A stretch of DNA of 64,000 nt from an uncultured Pseudobdellovibrionaceae bacterium (lineage in GTDB: Bacteria; Bdellovibrionota; Bdellovibrionia; Bdellovibrionales; UBA1609). A program made the translations under genes and the position numbers. Within the stretch, counting starts at the first letter, position 1, and the number at the start of each line of letters is the position of its first letter. The notes beneath the pieces were generated by a model. That model was not told the origin of the DNA, searched no databases, and worked only from the letters and a program-made list of their open reading frames with translations. Of the stretch, positions 10,673-18,839 are shown piece after piece. The stretch spans positions 704,001-768,000 of the forward strand of contig CAWDNU010000004.1 in assembly GCA_963803705.1 (NCBI GenBank). The letters run 5' to 3'.

Positions 10673-11982
10673 TGCCAGAGGATCATAGTGCGTTTACATC
10701 ACTAAGGTCTGGGTAGGACTAAAAAGACAGGGACTCTCTCAGTTAGAATTAAGTTGTGAAACAAAAATTTTAACAAAGGAGAAGAGTCCCATGACTCAAC
10801 AACAATATATAATAAACAGAAAACTAAATATACTAGATCTTGGAGAAAAGTTAGGAAACATCTCTCAGGCATGTAGAAGACTTGGCGTAAGCCGCCAACA
10901 TTACTACGATATCAAAGACGCAGTGATGGAGAATGGTGTGGATGGATTAATTGAAAAGTCTAGGTCGAGAGCACGAGTTGCAAACCGAGTGTCAGAAATT
11001 TATGAAAAAGCAGTTCTAGATTACTCTTTAGAGTGGCCGACTCATGGTCAAACACGAGCAGCAAATGAACTTAAAAGAAAAGGTGTGAACGTCAGTTCTG
11101 GTGGCATCAGAAGTATTTGGTTAAGACACAAGCTTGAGAAAAAGCACTTGAGGTTGAAACGCCTAGAAGAACACTCTGCAAAGGCAGGAATTGTTTTAAC
11201 AGAGAGTCAGGTGCAAGCCTTAGAAGATGCTAAAGAAGAAAAACAAGCCCACGGCGAAGTTGAAACCTTCCACCCTGGTTACCTGCTTGGACAAGACACT
11301 TTTTATGTAGGCTACATTAAAGGCGTTGGAAAGATTTATCAGCAAACGATGATTGATACGTTTTCAAATGTTGGATTTGCTAAATTGTATTTAGACAAGA
11401 CGTCTCTGTCTGCTGCTGATGCTCTAAATGATAAGGTGCTTCCATTTTTTGATGATGAGTATATGAAAGTGCTTCGAGTGCTGACTGATAATGGCCGTGA
11501 ATACTGTGGTCCACAGGATCAGCACAAGTACACATTGTTTTTACATTTGAACGATATTGAGCACTCAAGAACGAAAGTCAGATGCCCACAAACTAATGGT
11601 TGCGTGGAGAAACTAAATCAAACAATTTATGAAGAGTTTTATAAAATTGCATTTAGAAAAAAGTTGTACTCATCACTTGAAACACTCCAAGAAGATCTGG
11701 ATGTGTTTATGAACTACTACAATAAGGACCGTACAAACCAAGGAAAGCACTGCGAGGGCAAAACGCCCTATGAAACCTTGGAGCAGGGCTACGCACTCTA
11801 TGAGCGCTATGTGATGGACGGAGAACCGCTTCCAGGAAAAGAAAAAGAGGCTGACGCCTCTTCGTCTTCGACACCTCTTTCAAATTTACAAAAAGAAAAT
11901 ACGGGGGTGACGACTACTGATAAAATGAATTAAAAATTGCTAACTGAGAGAGCAACTGTCAACGCTTTTAGTGACTACTGCA
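10673..11982 (+). mobile_element. IS481-family insertion sequence, 1310 bp
   Basis: 7-bp target duplication ACTAAGT (10666-10672, 11983-11989); imperfect 26-bp terminal inverted repeats TGC...GCGTT(T/G)ACA; single transposase. Confidence 0.92.
10791..11933 (+). CDS. IS481-family DDE transposase
   Basis: N-terminal HTH (GNISQACRRLGVSRQHYY); rve core QDTFYVG, LTDNGREY, PQTNGCVEK. Confidence 0.95.
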   Translation: MTQQQYIINRKLNILDLGEKLGNISQACRRLGVSRQHYYDIKDAVMENGVDGLIEKSRSRARVANRVSEIYEKAVLDYSLEWPTHGQTRAANELKRKGVNVSSGGIRSIWLRHKLEKKHLRLKRLEEHSAKAGIVLTESQVQALEDAKEEKQAHGEVETFHPGYLLGQDTFYVGYIKGVGKIYQQTMIDTFSNVGFAKLYLDKTSLSAADALNDKVLPFFDDEYMKVLRVLTDNGREYCGPQDQHKYTLFLHLNDIEHSRTKVRCPQTNGCVEKLNQTIYEEFYKIAFRKKLYSSLETLQEDLDVFMNYYNKDRTNQGKHCEGKTPYETLEQGYALYERYVMDGEPLPGKEKEADASSSSTPLSNLQKENTGVTTTDKMN

Positions 11983-12276
11983 ACTAAGTAACAGAGTTAT
12001 TGTGCTATCGCTTACATGACTAGTTTTGTTTGCGATAATGGGCTAACTACACCCCTACTCTAGTCGTTTTCTACTACTGCGTATCCTATGCTCTTGTAAA
12101 CCCAGTGGAGCTGTCTGGAAGCATCAATGAAAGCCGAATGATGACTAGTTTCGGAGACTCTTGTTTGAATTACCGGATTAAGTCCATTCACTCCCGGAGT
12201 AATTTCAGGCTTACCAAACCCTGCTGTTCTTCTTTAATGTCGTGTTTGCAGCTCCACGAACTTATACTCATATTCT

Positions 12277-12305
12277 AATATACACGACCTTTGACTAGTT
12301 TGCAA
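12277..12305 (-). promoter_or_regulatory. Sigma70-type promoter for the ncRNA
   Basis: TTGCAA (12305-12300), 17 bp, TATATT (12282-12277); predicted start near 12270 coincides with the first helix. Confidence 0.7.
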
Positions 12306-12465
12306 GCATTATTTGTAATTATTTTACTAATAATCGCACTATATGCTTATTTAATTTGCTCCTTACAGCTTATATGCCTCATTTTAAGGCAATATCCATA
12401 CCTAGACATAGGTTTAGTATCAAAATGGCTTAAATAGCCCTTTATGCTCCTGAGGGAGACTATAG

Positions 12466-12804
12466 TCATATTACTTTATCCTTACATTCAACTAGCGCCT
12501 CATAAATAAGCTCTATATTAGCTACATACTCACTATAAAAATGCCCCATTACTTCACAAACCGCTTCTTCAAACTGATTAACATCTAAACTAGATGATTC
12601 TAACAAAGAGCCATTAAGGTAGGCGTGGCATAATTCATGTCCAATAGTCGCCTTATCTATAGCGTCTACCTTAAATATTAGAGAGTAAGTGCTGGAAGAG
12701 CATATAGCGTCCGTATCAGGGCCATAGAGCGCTTCAAACTCTTTAACTGTATAAAGTAATACATTATAGGCAAATCCTCTTATATTAAGCGCTAGGACTG
12801 TCAT
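12466..12804 (-). CDS. Small HExxH zinc metallopeptidase-like phage protein
   Basis: TIGHELCHAYL motif plus downstream EEAVCE; AAGGAG RBS. Confidence 0.7.
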   Translation of the reverse strand: MTVLALNIRGFAYNVLLYTVKEFEALYGPDTDAICSSSTYSLIFKVDAIDKATIGHELCHAYLNGSLLESSSLDVNQFEEAVCEVMGHFYSEYVANIELIYEALVECKDKVI

Positions 12805-12824
12805 AATCTCCTTGGATTAAGGGT

Positions 12825-12842
12825 CTTATAACTACTTGGTAA
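12825..12842 (-). promoter_or_regulatory. Phage promoter-like box (copy 1)
   Basis: TTACCAAGTAGTTATAAG upstream of the 12804 start. Confidence 0.55.
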
Positions 12843-13386
12843 TTTAACCAGCTATGTGAGCTATTTTAGTTACCAGAGGTTGTTAATCACTAGCTTGATA
12901 GTCCTGTATCTATATACTCTAAAAGGGGCTAAATGCTTTATATTAGATTTGAGCTAAAATGTTATGTATCATAGCTAAATTACCTATTAAGAATAATATG
13001 GGGATGTTCTGGCTCCCTATTTTTTTAATTAATATTCTTTTAGTTAGATTAGTTATAAGTATTTAGATTAATTGGATTATTTAATTATAGAATATAGTAG
13101 ATAGTATAATAGATAGATAAAAAGTAGATAAGTATAAGTTTAAAGTAAAATATTATATATAAACAAACGAACAATTCTAATTCTACTATTCCCTCATCCC
13201 TAACCCCATTATTATAAGCCATATCAATCACTTAGCTTAAAACTTACCTAGAACTATAGAATAGTAAACTGTATTGCATTATAAGAATTTCTTATGTCCT
13301 CTATAACAGTTACCACTAATAATCTCATTAAATTACAAAAATATGTGCAAAATGCATAAATAGTTTGCATACAGTTCATTTAGTTC

Positions 13387-13416
13387 TTGACTTACGTCTA
13401 GTTCTTATGCTAAGGT
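13387..13416 (+). promoter_or_regulatory. Sigma70-type promoter for the replication operon
   Basis: TTGACT, 18 bp ending in TGC, TAAGGT (extended -10). Confidence 0.55.
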
Positions 13417-13479
13417 GTAGACAGGGCATATTTTATTTAAATAGCCAAATTTAACCAAGTAACCATAAAGGGGCGAAAA

Positions 13480-13674
13480 ATGAGTGATAAAAAAGTATAC
13501 GAGAAGAATATCCCACAAGGTGATGGAGTATTAATAAAATATACCATTACTATTGATGAGAATGATGTAGCGGAATTAAGAGTTAGGACCTTCGGATCTA
13601 AGGATAAGGCAGACAATTTTAAAGAAACAAAATTACGATTAAATAATATTAATCAGGCAGGCAAACTAAGATGA
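13480..13674 (+). CDS. Phage hypothetical protein
   Basis: 64-aa ORF with AAGGGG RBS; ATGA overlap with the next gene. Confidence 0.7.
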   Translation: MSDKKVYEKNIPQGDGVLIKYTITIDENDVAELRVRTFGSKDKADNFKETKLRLNNINQAGKLR

Positions 13675-14045
13675 GACTAATTAATTCGATCAAAGCCTAT
13701 GTATTCGTAATTCGCCATTTAAGATCATTATTAAAAGCTGATAGAAATGTATACCTAGAGAATAAGAAAGATAGCGACTTAAGGGACTTAGCCTTAGGCC
13801 GCTGGGAGTATTTTAAGTCAGCAGCTGGCCCTGCACTTCATGTAGTGGGATTTGATAAAGATGTAGACTCTATTTTAGCTCAACACACATTCTTTAAGCT
13901 AAGGAAGGGTGACATATTTACACCTCAACAACTAATAGAACAAACCGCACTTAAGATTGAAATATGCATGTCAGCTATTAATTCAGGTAGACAGCTTAGA
14001 GACATTATTGAATCTCTTGAAAAGGAGCAGAGTAATGTCGCCTAG
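13671..14045 (+). CDS. Phage hypothetical protein
   Basis: 124-aa ORF, translationally coupled. Confidence 0.7.
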   Translation: MRLINSIKAYVFVIRHLRSLLKADRNVYLENKKDSDLRDLALGRWEYFKSAAGPALHVVGFDKDVDSILAQHTFFKLRKGDIFTPQQLIEQTALKIEICMSAINSGRQLRDIIESLEKEQSNVA

Positions 14046-14313
14046 TAATACTGTAGCCCAGCAATTAGATATAATCTTTAAAAGTTGGATAGATGATTTG
14101 AATTTAGAAAAGGGCGCAATCCTTATAGATTCAACTGATTTATTTAAACTCTTTAGAGCATTTGCTGATGAAAGAAAGATGCACGTAACCGAAACACAAT
14201 TCGGTCGTCGCATGGGTAAACTATTTTATAAGAAGCAATGTAGTAAAACTTTAAAGCAGCAGTACATGGTTAATGCTCCATACTTGGCTTTAGAAGTAAG
14301 GAGTAAAAAATGA
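14035..14313 (+). CDS. Small winged-helix-like DNA-binding protein (D5 C-terminal type)
   Basis: ATG at 14035 after AAGGAG; DLFKLFRAFADE...ETQFGRRMGK pattern. Confidence 0.6.
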   Translation: MSPSNTVAQQLDIIFKSWIDDLNLEKGAILIDSTDLFKLFRAFADERKMHVTETQFGRRMGKLFYKKQCSKTLKQQYMVNAPYLALEVRSKK

Positions 14314-15590
14314 TAGAAGTAAAAGAGAAACATATTCATGATTTATCTAATGCAAGATCTTACGTATCGGCTTGGATTATGAAGAAGAACTATATAGTAA
14401 ATGTTGAAGGCCAACTTTGCGTTCAAAGAGCTGGTGAAAGCTTAGATATTTTTAATACTATGTGGTTAGATTATTTAGAGCAACTTAGTGCTTACAACGC
14501 CGGTCAAGAAAGCTTAGGTAAAAAAGATAGACAACCTATCAAAGGCTTTTTAGAGCGTGACCTTAAAAAGGCGCTTGATGAATACTGCGATCGTGGGCGC
14601 ATTCACATTAAAGAATCGACTGATAGGAATATAGCTTGTGATAAAGAAGACCTTACAGAGATAGAAAGATTTGTCTTCAGTCTTAAGGGTCAAATAGACA
14701 AACTTGATGTAGCCGTGCTCGCACACTGGATATGGATGGTTAAGCGTAAAATGTTAAAGCAAGATGTTACAGACCATATAATGCCTATCCTATTTGGCAA
14801 ACAAGGTGGTGGTAAAACTGTAGCTCTTCACAAGTTTATTAAACCCATTAGTGATTATCGAATGAATTTAAAAATGAATCAGATGACTGATGATAGATAT
14901 TTCGAAGCTATGTCCGAAAGATATGTAGTTGTGTTTGATGAAATGCAAGGTGTATCCAGGACTGATATTGATTCACTAAAAAATCAAATTACCTGTGACT
15001 GGAATGATGCGCGAATCATGCGAACTAATAGAGTTTTAAAAAGACGGCAATCATGTAGCTTTATTGGTGCTACCAATAAGCCTGTCGGTGAACAAATAAT
15101 CGACCATACTGGTATGAGACGATTCTGGGAAATAAAGTGTCTAGATATTCTTAACTGGGATGAGTTAAATAAAATTAATTATATAGCGCTATGGAAAGGT
15201 GTTAATGAAAAGTCAGAACGTGGTTACCTATATAATCACCTAGATCAAATCAAGGTCACTCAAGATGAATTGATGATCCAAGAAGACATTGATGCATTCT
15301 TCTCAGAGCGTAGCGTGTACCCTCCTGTCGACGGCTGTGAGCGATTCAAACTAGATATTAATATCATCTACTCAGATTATAAAAAGTGGTGTGTAGAGAG
15401 TAACTGTAAGCCGTACAACAAGATTTGGTTTGGTAAAAAAGCTAGTAGCAAAGGTTTAAAGATCGAAATTAAATCGCAAGGAAAAGGCAAAAAGAAGGTC
15501 TATTTAATAGCTCCTGGGTCTGATTATGAAGAAAAGAAAGAGAAACTTAGTTTCGTTGACTTTAAATTAGCTAAAGAAAAGTCTTCATAG
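14310..15590 (+). CDS. VapE/VirE-like P-loop helicase
   Basis: Walker A GKQGGGKT, Walker B VVVFDE, FIGATN, TGMRRFW; C-terminal winged-helix-like segment. Confidence 0.88.
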   Translation: MIEVKEKHIHDLSNARSYVSAWIMKKNYIVNVEGQLCVQRAGESLDIFNTMWLDYLEQLSAYNAGQESLGKKDRQPIKGFLERDLKKALDEYCDRGRIHIKESTDRNIACDKEDLTEIERFVFSLKGQIDKLDVAVLAHWIWMVKRKMLKQDVTDHIMPILFGKQGGGKTVALHKFIKPISDYRMNLKMNQMTDDRYFEAMSERYVVVFDEMQGVSRTDIDSLKNQITCDWNDARIMRTNRVLKRRQSCSFIGATNKPVGEQIIDHTGMRRFWEIKCLDILNWDELNKINYIALWKGVNEKSERGYLYNHLDQIKVTQDELMIQEDIDAFFSERSVYPPVDGCERFKLDINIIYSDYKKWCVESNCKPYNKIWFGKKASSKGLKIEIKSQGKGKKKVYLIAPGSDYEEKKEKLSFVDFKLAKEKSS

Positions 15591-15693
15591 ATCTTATGTC
15601 CCCTACTAATTATAAATAATTTTATAATAATTTAGCTCAGATTCAACCTAGTGGATCTAGCAAAATAAATGCAAAAAAACTTGCATAAGGGGG

Positions 15694-15722
15694 TTGCATT
15701 CTTATTCTTTATCTGATACAGT
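15694..15722 (+). promoter_or_regulatory. Sigma70-type promoter with extended -10
   Basis: TTGCAT, 17 bp ending in TGA, TACAGT. Confidence 0.65.
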
Positions 15723-15976
15723 AGGGTATGTACTGAATTGTTGATAAACAATTTCTACATGTAAGGTTTTAAAGCACGTATGTTCGGCTAAATATTATCA
15801 AGGTAAACCGGTTCCGGAGCCTAAATATAAGGCCAAGATTGAATGATAAACTGAAAAGAATAAATGCCTAAGGCAAGTTCGAAGTAAGAGTCTGAAAATC
15901 TCCAAAAAGAAAAACCAAAGACAACTTAAAAATAACAAATAACCCCTTGTCTTAGGGATTAACGGAGATTTATTAA

Positions 15977-16513
15977 ATGACTAATATATATATTACAGAA
16001 ACAGAAGTTAAGAAAGCAGTTGATTTAGCAAAAGCAAGATACAATTCAAACAGAAAAGCAAATAATCCTAAAATTGAAATGTACGACAGTAAGGTCCCTT
16101 ATTACGGTGACGTTATTGGGATGCTTGGTGAAATAGCCGTAGCTAAATATCTTGGCGTGGACATTGAGAATCACGACTTTGTATATGAGCAATCAGAATT
16201 TTCTAAAATCAAAGAAGATATAAATGATGTTTTAGATTATGAGGTTCGATCAACTCATTACTCTACCGGCAAATTAATAATCAAAGACAAAGACCTAAAA
16301 GCGAATGCTAATACACCGTTTATTCTATCTAGAGTTGAAATGGATTTAGAGTGTGGCGATGCAAAAGTTACTCTTGTGGGTTGGTACTACGCTAAGGACG
16401 CAATCAACCCTGATTGGGAGAAAACTGTTTATACGACCGCATACTACGTACCTAACGACAAACTTCACCCTTTAGATAGCTTACCTAAATCAAGCCCAGA
16501 GAAAGTGGCTTAA
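15977..16513 (+). CDS. Putative PD-(D/E)xK-type phage nuclease
   Basis: GMLGEIAVAKYLG ... D ... YEVRST ... VTLVGW pattern. Confidence 0.6.
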   Translation: MTNIYITETEVKKAVDLAKARYNSNRKANNPKIEMYDSKVPYYGDVIGMLGEIAVAKYLGVDIENHDFVYEQSEFSKIKEDINDVLDYEVRSTHYSTGKLIIKDKDLKANANTPFILSRVEMDLECGDAKVTLVGWYYAKDAINPDWEKTVYTTAYYVPNDKLHPLDSLPKSSPEKVA

Positions 16514-16560
16514 AAACACATGAGGAGAAATTAATTATAACATTTAGCAAGGATGCGTAA

Positions 16561-17175
16561 ATGAGCACAGGAAGTGCAACCAAAAATAGAAAGAAAAAAC
16601 CTATTAAAATTAAAAGAAAGAAGTTTAAGAAAAGTAGAAAATGGGCAATGGATTATGACTATTTACCAAAGTTAAAAATGCAACTTGAATCTGATAATCC
16701 CGAAAAAGTGAAAGAGGCTGAAGAAGCATTATTGTTTTTAAATAAGTTTAACGACGAATATTACTCAGCATCTGGTTATAAAAAGAAAGACTCACTTCAT
16801 AGAACAAAGCAGCAACGAAAATCGTGTAGTGATAAGCACAATGAGGCTCGCAGAGACATTGCAACTTATTGGAGGCGCGAAGAAGGTCCTGCTGACTCGA
16901 ACAATATTCCAGAGAAGGTGCTCAGATATTTAAGCGTACAGCAAAACGAAGGGAGAATAGATGCACTTAATAGTCTATTGGATTTAAAAATTAAAAAGGA
17001 GAAAGAAATGGAAAATAAAAAGATTAATGAATACATGAAGAACAGTGATTCTATGATTAAGAATCTGAGTAAAATTGAAAAGAAATTAGTCTCTATGGAT
17101 AAAAAATTGAAGAAGGTCGAAAGCTTAATAAAAAGAAGTGAAGCATTTTTAAATGAAACTAAGAAGGTGGGATAG
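16561..17175 (+). CDS. Basic phage hypothetical protein (candidate transcription factor)
   Basis: 204 aa; K-rich N-terminus, DYDYLPKL..FLNKFNDEYY core, C-terminal coiled coil. Confidence 0.75.
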   Translation: MSTGSATKNRKKKPIKIKRKKFKKSRKWAMDYDYLPKLKMQLESDNPEKVKEAEEALLFLNKFNDEYYSASGYKKKDSLHRTKQQRKSCSDKHNEARRDIATYWRREEGPADSNNIPEKVLRYLSVQQNEGRIDALNSLLDLKIKKEKEMENKKINEYMKNSDSMIKNLSKIEKKLVSMDKKLKKVESLIKRSEAFLNETKKVG

Positions 17176-17210
17176 ATGGCGCGCTTACAATACAAACAGG
17201 AAGGATATGA

Positions 17211-17420
17211 ATGAAAACAGCTAAACAAACCAGACCATATTTTATCTTAAAAGGGATACTCACTTTAGCAATAAGTTTTACATTGTTGTATGCAGCTAGT
17301 ACGGAGGCTAGTGCAGGATGGTGCCGAGTAACTGACTTTCAATCATTCTGTTACTACATTAGCTTATCTGATTGTAAGCGAGATGCTAAGAGTCACGGTG
17401 GTGTTTGCGTACCTAAATAA
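17211..17420 (+). CDS. Small exported four-cysteine protein
   Basis: Hydrophobic signal ending ASA, then GWC...CYY.SLSDC...GGVC. Confidence 0.7.
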   Translation: MKTAKQTRPYFILKGILTLAISFTLLYAASTEASAGWCRVTDFQSFCYYISLSDCKRDAKSHGGVCVPK

Positions 17421-17514
17421 AATTATAAACTAAATTAATATATATTTAAGAGAAGGGCTAATATTTAAGGTATTGGTCCTATTTTTTTATATTCCGTACG
17501 CCGATAAATTAGGT

Positions 17515-17778
17515 ATGGATAAGGATAACAAACATTACGATGAGTATATAAAAAGTTACGGCCTAGCCTACAATCATTTCTTCTATAAATCTAATTTTTT
17601 ACAAAGCATCTATACTCCCACAGATAAACTAAAACCAGAAATTGTAAAGATAGCTGCAATCTATTCAAATGGAAATGATGAGATTCAAGTTGCCATTTGT
17701 GACGCATTGAATGGATTTTTACTTTACGAATTTTGGGATGACTATCATCGTCAAAGACTAGATAGAAAGAGGCGTTGA
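17515..17778 (+). CDS. Phage hypothetical protein
   Basis: ORF, likely ATG at 17515. Confidence 0.55.
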   Translation: MDKDNKHYDEYIKSYGLAYNHFFYKSNFLQSIYTPTDKLKPEIVKIAAIYSNGNDEIQVAICDALNGFLLYEFWDDYHRQRLDRKRR

Positions 17779-17786
17779 AGGTGACC

Positions 17787-18170
17787 TTACTTCCTAAGTT
17801 TAACTGTATTTGCTATTTTTTCAAACCCTCTTGAAGCACTGTGCCCTGTAACTAACAACATAGTTAATTCCCAAAATTGCTCAGTAAGAGTTAATATTCC
17901 AAACGTACTTACTATACACATAGTTACTAGAGTTAATGAAACAGTGGGCCGCCAGTTTCTTCCTATCCAAGAGGCTGACTGAGATTCAGCAGCTATAATT
18001 TTAGAGTGCGCATCCAGCTTTGCTTTTTCTAAATCTATAGCATTTTTGTAAAGCTCTGCTTGCATTTCAGCAAAAGCATTTTCTAATTTTCTTTTATCAT
18101 TACCCGAAACATCAATGGTTTTTAAAACTTCATTAACAGGCGTGAAAAGTGACGCTATCCATTTAAACAT
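17787..18170 (-). CDS. Holin (3TM / GTA-holin type)
   Basis: AESQSASWIGRNWRP motif followed by hydrophobic helices and RGFEK; last gene of the late operon. Confidence 0.8.
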   Translation of the reverse strand: MFKWIASLFTPVNEVLKTIDVSGNDKRKLENAFAEMQAELYKNAIDLEKAKLDAHSKIIAAESQSASWIGRNWRPTVSLTLVTMCIVSTFGILTLTEQFWELTMLLVTGHSASRGFEKIANTVKLRK

Positions 18171-18182
18171 ATAACTAATCCT

Positions 18183-18839
18183 TTAGTCGTATTTATATTG
18201 CTTTTCTAAAATCGTTCGAATGTTATTTATTCCTGATAGTATAATTCCTCTATCTTCAGCAGTAATTGGAACATCCTCTGTCCAGACTATGGAGATGTAC
18301 CAGAGCTTACCGGTAGTTTCGTCCTTAGTTCTTTTAAACAGTTTTAATGTAGTAGGAACGAATGTATAAACAACGCAAATCTTAGTCTTAACTACATTTA
18401 AGCTTTCACATATTATTCTACGTTTAGAGCCTTCGGGCATATCTTCTGTTCTAGTTAAAAGCAGCTCATTAGGTGCCCCGATCATAGAACACATCTTCTT
18501 TACATAATGATCATCCACTCTCATGTTCTGCCAAGAGTCAGCAACTCTGGCATGTCCCTTAGTGGACACTTCATGTGTAATAGAGCTGTACAAGGGTTTG
18601 CCTGCGCGAGGACTGTTACCGCCATTATGGAGCATTAACAAAACCACTTTCTGTGCTGAGGATTTTTGTAAGATATTATCTAGTTGGTCATAAATTTGTG
18701 ATTCGCGTTTAATTACTAAATTAACTTCAGTGTTTTTCTTACGCATATAGAGTTTGTAAAATTCTTTAACTAGTAATGAAAGACCAGTAAAACCACCTAA
18801 TGCCACAAAGATGTTTGCCCAATCAGTTAGATTCTTCAT
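18183..18839 (-). CDS. Membrane-anchored phage protein (lysis region)
   Basis: N-terminal TM helix, then a soluble domain with LHNGG...YSSITHE. Confidence 0.75.
   Translation of the reverse strand: MKNLTDWANIFVALGGFTGLSLLVKEFYKLYMRKKNTEVNLVIKRESQIYDQLDNILQKSSAQKVVLLMLHNGGNSPRAGKPLYSSITHEVSTKGHARVADSWQNMRVDDHYVKKMCSMIGAPNELLLTRTEDMPEGSKRRIICESLNVVKTKICVVYTFVPTTLKLFKRTKDETTGKLWYISIVWTEDVPITAEDRGIILSGINNIRTILEKQYKYD

Larger units (their letters stand above)
10545..12269 (-). ncRNA. Large structured ncRNA (ROOL-like, ~410 nt without the IS), interrupted by IS481
   Basis: Sigma70 promoter upstream; long-range helices 12249-12260 with 10558-10569 and 12118-12127 with 10605-10614 span the IS; G.U pairs form only on the minus strand; no ORF. 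Confidence 0.7.

Noticed and set aside
10545..12269. tmRNA, RNase P RNA or group I/II intron as the identity of the structured RNA
   Set aside because: No tRNA-like ends or CCA, and no RNase P P4 or intron catalytic-core motifs recognised by eye
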